From a virus (lineage: Duplodnaviria; Heunggongvirae; Uroviricota; Caudoviricetes), in the IMG/VR virus record IMGVR_UViG_2534681702_000003, positions 1 to 33,145 of that record: DNA of 33,145 bases; one strand, 5' to 3'. The notes beneath the pieces are model-generated. The model did no database searches. It had not been told where the DNA came from and saw only the letters and a list, made by a program, of their open reading frames with translations. Shown in pieces: positions 26,563 to 33,145 of the stretch. Every line of letters starts with the position of its first letter. Positions within the stretch are counted from its first letter, which is position 1. A program made the position numbers and the translations under genes.

Positions 26563-29532
26563 ATGGCAGTAAAGATTTCAGGTGTACTGAAAGACGGCAC
26601 AGGAAAACCAGTACAGAACTGCACAATCCAGCTGAAAGCAAAACGTAACAGCACCACGGTGGTGGTGAACACGCTGGCCTCAGAAAATCCGGATGAAGCC
26701 GGGCGTTACAGCATGGACGTTGAGTACGGTCAGTACAGCGTTATTCTGTTGGTGGACGGATTCCCGCCGTCACATGCCGGGACCATCACCGTGTATGAAG
26801 ATTCCCGACCCGGTACGCTGAATGATTTTCTCGGTGCCATGACGGAGGATGATGCCCGTCCGGAGGCACTGCGCCGTTTTGAACTGATGGTGGAAGAGGT
26901 GGCGCGTAACGCGTCCGCAGTGGCACAGAACACGGCAGCCGCGAAGAAGTCAGCCAGTGATGCCAGCACATCAGCCCGTGAGGCGGCAACCCATGCGACT
27001 GATGCTGCAGGCTCAGCACGCGCAGCCAGCACGTCAGCCGGACAGGCCGCGTCGTCGGCTCAGTCAGCGTCTTCCAGCGCAGGAACGGCATCGACAAAGG
27101 CCAGTGAAGCAGCGAAAAGTGCTGCTGCTGCAGAGTCATCAAAAAGCGCGGCAGCTACCAGCGCCAGTGCCGCGAAAACGTCAGAAACGAATGCCGCAGC
27201 ATCACAAAAATCGGCAGCCACTTCTGCATCCACAGCGACCACGAAGGCGTCAGAAGCTGCCACCTCGGCACGGGGGGCGGCGGCCTCAAAAGAGGCAGCG
27301 AAATCATCAGAAACGAATGCATCATCAAGTGCCAGTAGTGCAGCTTCCTCGGCAACGGCGGCAGGAAATTCCGCGAAGGCGGCAAAGACGTCTGAGACAA
27401 ACGCTAAGTCTTCTGAAACGGCAGCAGCACAGAGTGCCTCAGCTGCGGCAGGTTCAAAAACAGCGGCTGCATCGTCGGCCAGTGCCGCGTCAACAAGTGC
27501 CGGGCAGGCCTCAGCCAGTGCCACCGCCGCCGGAAAATCGGCAGAAAGCGCCGCATCATCCGCTTCAACAGCCACAACGAAGGCTGGCGAAGCCACTAAG
27601 CAAGCCACTGCAGCAGCGAGGTCTGCTTCTGCAGCAAAAACCTCTGAAACAAATGCAAAGACTTCAGCAGACAATGCTGCTTCCTCTAAGGCGGCAGCCG
27701 CATCGTCCGCTGGTTCAGCGGCGTCATCGGCATCATCTGCGTCTGCTTCAAAAGATGAGGCGACCAGACAAGCGTCAGCAGCGAAAGGTAGTGCCACGAC
27801 AGCAACAACGAAAGCATCAGAGGCGGCAGGCAGTGCGACGGCTGCATCTCAGAGCAAAGTTGCTGCTGAATCCGCGGCAACGCGTGCCGAAACAGCAGCA
27901 AAACGGGCAGAGGATATTGCTGATGCCGTATCTCTGGAAGATGCGAGCACGACGAAAAAAGGTGTGGTTCAGCTCAGCAGTGCGACCAACAGCACTTCCG
28001 AGTCACTGGCGGCAACACCAAAGGCAGTAAAGGCAGCATATGACCTTGCTAACGCAAAATATACCGCTCAGGATGCAACGACGGCACGAAAAGGGATAGT
28101 TCAGCTCAGTAGCGCCACTAACAGCCCGTCTGAAACGCTGGCTGCGACACCAAAAGCGGTTAAGGCGGTAATGGATGAAACGAACAAGAAAGCGCCTTTA
28201 AACAGTCCTGCGCTGACCGGAACGCCAACAACGCCAACTGCGCCAAAAGGGACTAATAATACTCAGATCGCAAGCACGGCTTATGTGATGGCCGCGATTG
28301 CCGCACTTGTAGACTCGTCGCCTGACGCACTGAATACGCTGAACGAGCTGGCGGCGGCGCTGGGAAACGACCCGAATTTTGCGACCACCATGACTAACGC
28401 GCTTGCGGGTAAGCAACCGAAAGATGCCACCCTGACGGCGCTGGCCGGGCTTGCTACTGCGGCAGACAGGTTTCCGTATTTTACGGGGAATGATGTCGCC
28501 AGCCTGGCAACCCTGACAAAAGTCGGGCGGGATATTCTTGCGAAATCGACCGTTGCCGCTGTTATCGAATACCTCGGTTTACAGGAAACGGTAAGTCAGG
28601 CTTCTGGCGCATTACAGAAAAACCAGAACGGCGCAGATATTCCAGGAAAAGATACCTTCACCAAAAATATTGGTGCCTGCCGCGCATATAGCTCATGGCT
28701 GAATATTGGTGGCGATAGTCAGGTCTGGACAACCGCGCAATTTATTTCGTGGCTGGAGAGTCAGGGGGCATTTAACCATCCTTACTGGATGTGCAAAGGC
28801 TCATGGGCTTATGCAAATAATAAGGTCATTACAGATACAGGTTGCGGAAATATTTGTCTTGCAGGTGCTGTGGTGGAAGTTATTGGCACTCGCGGCGCAA
28901 TGACCATACGCGTTACTACGCCGAGCACGTCCAGCGGTGGCGGAATTACTAACGCTCAATTCACTTATATTAATCATGGTGATGCTTACGCTCCTGGCTG
29001 GCGACGAGACTACAACACGAAAAACCAGCAGCCTGCATTTGCTTTAGGGCAAACAGGACGCAGGGTCGCAAATGATAAAGCTGTTGGCTGGAACTGGAAT
29101 AGCGGTGTTTATGATGCAGATATCAGTGGTGCATCGACATTAATCCTCCACTTCAATATGAATGCGGGGAGTTGCCCTGCTGTACAGTTCCGCGTGAATT
29201 ACAGGAACGGCGGTATTTTTTATCGTTCAGCGCGTGATGGTTATGGCTTTGAAGCTAACTGGTCAGAGTTTTACACCACAACACGCAAACCCTCTGCGGG
29301 GGATGTTGGTGCATATACGCAGGCAGAATGTAACTCAAGGTTTATTACAGGTATTCGCCTTGGCGGTCTGTCATCTGTTCAGACATGGAAAGGCCCCGGC
29401 TGGTCTGACAGGTCAGGTTATGTCGTTACGGGTTCAGTTAACGGAAACCGTGATGAATTAATTGATACAACTCAGGCAAGGCCAATTCAGTATTGCATTA
29501 ATGGGACGTGGTATAACGCGGGGAGTATTTAA
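26563..29532 (+). CDS. stf: Side tail fibre protein Stf (constant part plus current variable C-terminal part)
   Basis: N-terminus MAVKISGVLKDGTGKPVQNCTIQLKA... as recalled for lambda Stf; long Ala/Ser/Thr-rich repeat region; C-terminus ends ...RPIQYCINGTWYNAGSI. Confidence 0.9.
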   Translation: MAVKISGVLKDGTGKPVQNCTIQLKAKRNSTTVVVNTLASENPDEAGRYSMDVEYGQYSVILLVDGFPPSHAGTITVYEDSRPGTLNDFLGAMTEDDARPEALRRFELMVEEVARNASAVAQNTAAAKKSASDASTSAREAATHATDAAGSARAASTSAGQAASSAQSASSSAGTASTKASEAAKSAAAAESSKSAAATSASAAKTSETNAAASQKSAATSASTATTKASEAATSARGAAASKEAAKSSETNASSSASSAASSATAAGNSAKAAKTSETNAKSSETAAAQSASAAAGSKTAAASSASAASTSAGQASASATAAGKSAESAASSASTATTKAGEATKQATAAARSASAAKTSETNAKTSADNAASSKAAAASSAGSAASSASSASASKDEATRQASAAKGSATTATTKASEAAGSATAASQSKVAAESAATRAETAAKRAEDIADAVSLEDASTTKKGVVQLSSATNSTSESLAATPKAVKAAYDLANAKYTAQDATTARKGIVQLSSATNSPSETLAATPKAVKAVMDETNKKAPLNSPALTGTPTTPTAPKGTNNTQIASTAYVMAAIAALVDSSPDALNTLNELAAALGNDPNFATTMTNALAGKQPKDATLTALAGLATAADRFPYFTGNDVASLATLTKVGRDILAKSTVAAVIEYLGLQETVSQASGALQKNQNGADIPGKDTFTKNIGACRAYSSWLNIGGDSQVWTTAQFISWLESQGAFNHPYWMCKGSWAYANNKVITDTGCGNICLAGAVVEVIGTRGAMTIRVTTPSTSSGGGITNAQFTYINHGDAYAPGWRRDYNTKNQQPAFALGQTGRRVANDKAVGWNWNSGVYDADISGASTLILHFNMNAGSCPAVQFRVNYRNGGIFYRSARDGYGFEANWSEFYTTTRKPSAGDVGAYTQAECNSRFITGIRLGGLSSVQTWKGPGWSDRSGYVVTGSVNGNRDELIDTTQARPIQYCINGTWYNAGSI
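28562..28593. repeat. Left inverted repeat / recombination site of invertible segment (gix/cix-like)
   Basis: TTATCGAATACCTCGGTTTACAGGAAACGGTA; reverse complement of 31687-31718 differs at 2 positions; lies inside stf. Confidence 0.7.
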
Positions 29533-29534
29533 CG

Positions 29535-30068
29535 ATGATGCACTTAAAAAACATTACTGCTGGCAACCCTAAAACAAAAGAGCAATACCAGCTAACAAAG
29601 CAATTTAACATCAAATGGCTTTATTCAGATGATGGAAAAAACTGGTATGAGGAACAAAAGAATTTCCAGCCAGACACTTTGAAAATGGTCTATGACCATA
29701 ACGGCGTTATTATTTGTATTGAAAAGGATGTTTCAGCAATTAATCCAGAGGGTGCAAGCGTCGTTGAATTACCTGATATTACAGCAAATCGCCGGGCTGA
29801 TATTTCGGGGAAATGGATGTTCAAAGATGGCGTAGTGATAAAGCGAACTTATACCGAGGAAGAGCAGAGGCAACAAGCGGAAAATGAAAAGCAAAGCCTG
29901 TTGCAACTTGTCAGGGATAAAACCCAGCTATGGGACTCACAGCTACGGCTGGGCATCATTTCCGACGAGAATAAACAAAAATTAACCGAGTGGATGCTCT
30001 ATGCGCAGAAAGTCGAATCTACAGACACTTCCGGCCTGCCAGTAACGTTTCCCGAACAACCAGAATGA
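29535..30068 (+). CDS. tfa: Tail fibre assembly protein Tfa
   Basis: 177 aa; conserved Tfa N-terminus [22 protein letters not shown]... Confidence 0.85.
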   Translation: MMHLKNITAGNPKTKEQYQLTKQFNIKWLYSDDGKNWYEEQKNFQPDTLKMVYDHNGVIICIEKDVSAINPEGASVVELPDITANRRADISGKWMFKDGVVIKRTYTEEEQRQQAENEKQSLLQLVRDKTQLWDSQLRLGIISDENKQKLTEWMLYAQKVESTDTSGLPVTFPEQPE

Positions 30069-30096
30069 GAGAAGGCCCGCTATCGGGCCTTAATTT

Positions 30097-30624
30097 TTAC
30101 TCTGGTTTTTGTGGCCATTCAGGATTTGCCGTATCCACACGGCTGACCAGAACACTGTAGCGTTCCCATGCTTCCAGTCGTGTGCGTTCCTCGTCTGTTG
30201 CCATATTCAGCCTGACAGCGCGTTCCAGCGGTTGGATGACTGATTCAGCTTCGGAAAGCAATGCGGCCTTTTGTGATTCGGCCTGTTGTTGTTGCTCGTC
30301 TGCCGTATAAATCCGTTTAACCACAGCTCCGTCCCTAAACATCCACTTACCGGAATCATCAGCGCGGCGGTTGGCTGTAATATCTGGAACCTCAACGACG
30401 CTATAACCTTCAGGGTTAAGCGTGGAGGCATCTTTGGTGATGGCGACAATAATATTATTTGCATCGTAAACAATCTTTATTGTGTCTGGCTGAAAGTTTT
30501 TCACTTCCTCATACCAGTTTTTACCGTCTTCTGTATATAACCAGATAACATCAAAATTCTTTGTTAGCTGATATTGTTCTTTTGTTTTTGGATTTCCAGA
30601 CTTAATATTTTTTAAATGCTGCAT
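30097..30624 (-). CDS. Alternative tail fibre assembly protein (inverted orientation)
   Basis: 175 aa; [22 protein letters not shown]... paralogous to the plus-strand tfa. Confidence 0.8.
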   Translation of the reverse strand: MQHLKNIKSGNPKTKEQYQLTKNFDVIWLYTEDGKNWYEEVKNFQPDTIKIVYDANNIIVAITKDASTLNPEGYSVVEVPDITANRRADDSGKWMFRDGAVVKRIYTADEQQQQAESQKAALLSEAESVIQPLERAVRLNMATDEERTRLEAWERYSVLVSRVDTANPEWPQKPE

Positions 30625-30627
30625 AAA

Positions 30628-31686
30628 TTACACCTGTACGACGTTATACCATGTGCCATTGATGTATTTTTGTATTGGCCTGAAGATGGCTTCATCATCG
30701 CCATCTACTTCACCAATGATTCTTAATCCGGTAATTGCGTGTCCGGCTTTTTCATAACGACCACCACGCGCCATCAATTGAACAACACGCGTACCCAGGC
30801 GAACATCTTTCACATAGCGGGAATCAAAATTCCCCCAGTTGCTGGGCTGTATCTGACCGTTAACAGCAAATGTTACTGAGTTATCTGTATTTCGCTGACT
30901 ATAGAAATGCCAGCCTGAATCATCACCAAGCTCTGCAACAGTTGGTCTTGATGAAGTGCCCCATAAATTAAACCCTACGTTCTTCGTGGAGTTGTTGGAG
31001 CTGGATAGCGAGAATTTTTTACTATCACCTGCCTGAATGTTTTTAAAAGCAATAGCCACTCCATTCTGAAAGCGGAATACTCGCTGACTATTAGCGTAAA
31101 CATCAAGAATACCATCACCATTCTGTTTAAATCCGGTATCATTATCACCAAGAACAATTGAGTTCCCACCCAACGCGTTATTCGTGCCAAGTGCCAGCCC
31201 GCCATCAATCCTGGCACCATTACCAACAGACACAACTCCTGTTCTTAAGTTGATGTTGAATGGCCTTAATGGCCCAATATCTCCATTTTCACCCTCATTT
31301 TCTCGTGTAGGGATGATATGCAGGTGTTCTTCAGAACGGCGAAAAATAGCACCAAAGGATGAATTAAAAATCCTCAGTGCATTGACTGTCGATATTTTTA
31401 CTTCACTGCCGAAAAGGGCTTTAACAAGAACATACAAAGCACCCCATTTAAGATTCATCAGGTCTTTTGTTGTGGTGCCATGGCGGCTTCTCCATTTGAA
31501 ATATTCATTGCCGTTGTCGCCTGTTTCAAACCACATGTATGAATCAGTATCGCTGTCGGCATCATTTTTAAATCCAATCTTCGCCCAGTCAGTATTTCTA
31601 ATCCAGGCAAGGATTGAGTCGTTTGCAAAAGTAAGCCCACCGGACAAGGTATCGCCATTCTTTTGCACGGCGTTCCTGGCCCTGTT
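30628..31686 (-). CDS. Alternative Stf variable C-terminal segment (no own start; expressed only after inversion)
   Basis: Minus-strand frame opens inside right inverted repeat as ...LGLQETVNRARNAVQKNGDTLSGG..., sharing LGLQET with the stf junction; ends ...RPIQKYINGTWYNVVQV. Confidence 0.7.
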   Translation of the reverse strand, partial: NRARNAVQKNGDTLSGGLTFANDSILAWIRNTDWAKIGFKNDADSDTDSYMWFETGDNGNEYFKWRSRHGTTTKDLMNLKWGALYVLVKALFGSEVKISTVNALRIFNSSFGAIFRRSEEHLHIIPTRENEGENGDIGPLRPFNINLRTGVVSVGNGARIDGGLALGTNNALGGNSIVLGDNDTGFKQNGDGILDVYANSQRVFRFQNGVAIAFKNIQAGDSKKFSLSSSNNSTKNVGFNLWGTSSRPTVAELGDDSGWHFYSQRNTDNSVTFAVNGQIQPSNWGNFDSRYVKDVRLGTRVVQLMARGGRYEKAGHAITGLRIIGEVDGDDEAIFRPIQKYINGTWYNVVQV

Positions 31687-31718
31687 TACCGTTTCCTGTA
31701 AACCGAGGTTTTAGATAA
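31687..31718. repeat. Right inverted repeat / recombination site of invertible segment
   Basis: Reverse complement TTATCTAAAACCTCGGTTTACAGGAAACGGTA. Confidence 0.7.
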
Positions 31719-31772
31719 TGGCCGTTTCTGGCCTGCATGGCATGATTTGTGCTTTTGGACGGGAGATTCAGC

Positions 31773-32006
31773 GTGCTGATTGGCTATGTAAGGGTATCAA
31801 CAAATGACCAGAATACAGACCTGCAACGAAACGCTCTTGTTTGTGCAGGATGTGAACAAATATTTGAAGATAAATTAAGCGGAACAAGGACAGGCCGACC
31901 TGGATTAAAACGTGCTTTAAAGCGCCTTCAAAAAGGTGACGCACTAGTTGTCTGGAAACTGGACTGACTGGGTCACTGTATGCGGCATCTTGTCGTGCTG
32001 GTGGTG
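31773..32006 (+). pseudogene. pin: Decayed DNA invertase gene (Pin/Gin/Hin serine recombinase), premature stop and 3' truncation
   Basis: VLIGYVRVSTNDQNTDLQRNALVCAGCEQIFEDKLSGTRTGRPGLKRALKRLQKGDALVVWKLD then TGA at 31965-31967; pin-like codons continue to about 32006 then switch to tfa 3' sequence. Confidence 0.75.
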
Positions 32007-32099
32007 GAAGCCTGGAAAAAGTATCGGGTGTTGCTGAACCGTGTTGATACATCAACTGCACCTGATATTGAGTGGCCTACGAACCCTGTCAGGGAGTAA
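32007..32099 (+). pseudogene. tfa 3' end fragment fused to truncated pin
   Basis: Encodes [30 protein letters not shown]; about 73 bp near-identical to 33056-33128. Confidence 0.6.
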
Positions 32100-32113
32100 T
32101 CATTGGGATTATG

Positions 32114-32160
32114 CCGCAGCACGTCTTAAGCAAGAACGTGCTGCGGTTGGATGCTATTTT
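32114..32160. terminator. Hairpin, likely bidirectional terminator
   Basis: 10-bp stem CCGCAGCACG / CGTGCTGCGG with 13-nt loop, followed by TGGATGCTATTTTTT; lies between convergent genes. Confidence 0.5.
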
Positions 32161-32822
32161 TTCCCTGAAGCGGAAAACATTACTACAGTACCTTGAACCT
32201 TGGTTTTAACATTCTCGAAATGCTCTGAGAGTATATGTGTTAAGCCTTCTTCGGAATCTTTTGTGTTTGAAAAGATGCCTTTCTGATTGTAAATGCGCAT
32301 CAGTTTTTGACCGAAGCTATTGTGCACAACTCCATCGCCAAGAATTGTGGCTCCGTATAGAGTTCCATCGTCAGTTAAGGCCTGCGCAGCATTGCGTATT
32401 ACACAGCTTTTTGTAGATATATTTCCAGGCAGGCAGTGAAGAAGGTAAAACATGGAAATGGAATCAAATTGACCATGTAACGCCGCGGGATAAGGTTCAA
32501 AAACATCATGGCTAATTTTATGTTTAATTTTTGATTCCCCAGCCCTTGTAGATGCCGCGTTCAGGCTAGCTTCGTTCAAATCCATTAAAGATATCAGACT
32601 ACTCTCAGGTACGTGAGTAAGGTAAAACCCAGTTCCAACACCAATATCCAGATGGTTGTTACCTAAATGTTCCAGAAAGTGTGGAAGAAGGTGTTCCTTT
32701 GTAGGACATCCCCATGCAAGACGATTTGATACTCCCAAAACCCACCAGTCATAAAGCTTTAGGGTAAGTGGTGTGTAAATTTTAGCCCCATCATGTGTGT
32801 TTTTTTTCATTAATTTCACCAT
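32154..32822 (-). CDS. Class I SAM-dependent methyltransferase (222 aa), substrate unknown
   Basis: Motif I LDIGVGTGFY, acidic residue in LMDLNE, motif FDSISMFYLLHCLP; low-GC codon usage. Confidence 0.7.
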   Translation of the reverse strand: MVKLMKKNTHDGAKIYTPLTLKLYDWWVLGVSNRLAWGCPTKEHLLPHFLEHLGNNHLDIGVGTGFYLTHVPESSLISLMDLNEASLNAASTRAGESKIKHKISHDVFEPYPAALHGQFDSISMFYLLHCLPGNISTKSCVIRNAAQALTDDGTLYGATILGDGVVHNSFGQKLMRIYNQKGIFSNTKDSEEGLTHILSEHFENVKTKVQGTVVMFSASGKK

Positions 32823-32878
32823 GTTATAGTTTTGTTTATGAATTAAATCAATTATGGCGATGAATTACAAGGGGTTAA

Positions 32879-33145
32879 ATGCTGCCGCAGCATAGCGATA
32901 TTGAAATAGCCTGGTATGCTTCGATACAGCAGGAGCCGAATGGCTGGAAGACCGTCACCACACAGTTCTACATCCAGGAATTCAGTGAGCATATTGCGCC
33001 ACTTCAGGATGCTGTAGATCTGGAGATCGCAACGGAGGAAGAAAACTCGTTGCTGGAAGCCTGGAAGAAGTATCGGGTGTTGCTGAACCGTGTTGATACA
33101 TCAACCGCACCTGATATTGAGTGGCCGACTTCACCTGCAGAGTAA
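32879..33145 (+). pseudogene. Tail fibre assembly (tfa) 3' fragment
   Basis: 88-aa ORF ending ...[53 protein letters not shown], matching recalled lambda Tfa C-terminus; too short for a complete tfa. Confidence 0.6.

Larger units (their letters stand above)
28562..31718. mobile_element. Pin/Gin-type invertible tail-fibre specificity segment (about 3.1 kb)
   Basis: Bounded by 32-bp inverted repeats; contains stf variable part + tfa on plus strand and an alternative stf variable part + tfa on minus strand; invertase gene adjacent. Confidence 0.7.

Noticed and set aside
26730-27797. Several long ORFs in other frames and on the minus strand inside stf (e.g. 27060-27797 minus, 26957-28030 plus, Ala/Asp- or Arg/Gln-rich)
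   Set aside because: They lie within the GC-rich, Ala/Ser/Thr-repetitive region of the tail fibre gene; low-complexity translations typical of frame artefacts, no RBS, fully overlapped by a gene with strong lambda Stf identity.

Overview
The 33.1-kb window reads as one nearly complete but defective lambdoid (lambda/Qin-like) prophage from an Escherichia-like enterobacterial genome. Order left to right: int-xis (int stop codon is base 1-3, so attL lies outside the window); early-left operon (DEDDh exonuclease, dicF-dicB-ydfD-like division-inhibition module); CI / Cro(YdaS-like) / YdaT-like switch; O-like replication gene with an embedded iteron origin; a low-GC accessory island (about 9790-12100); a hok/sok-type locus; nin-like region (DUF968, rusA, Q-like); orphan DNA methyltransferase; three tRNAs; lysis genes; lambda-type cos-Nu1-A-W-B; an internal deletion joining gpC to the C-terminus of J; lom; stf-tfa with a Pin-type invertible segment; a decayed pin; and a low-GC SAM-methyltransferase moron flanked by tfa-3' direct repeats. 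The best candidate for an undescribed system is the low-GC two-gene operon at 10422-11831 (304-aa soluble protein followed by a 159-aa four-helix membrane protein, a RexA/RexB-like architecture), with a convergent Q82/QuuD-family antiterminator-like gene abutting it. No CRISPR array or IS/transposase was seen. All homology statements come from reading the translated ORFs against recalled family signatures and lambda sequences; none was confirmed by a database search.
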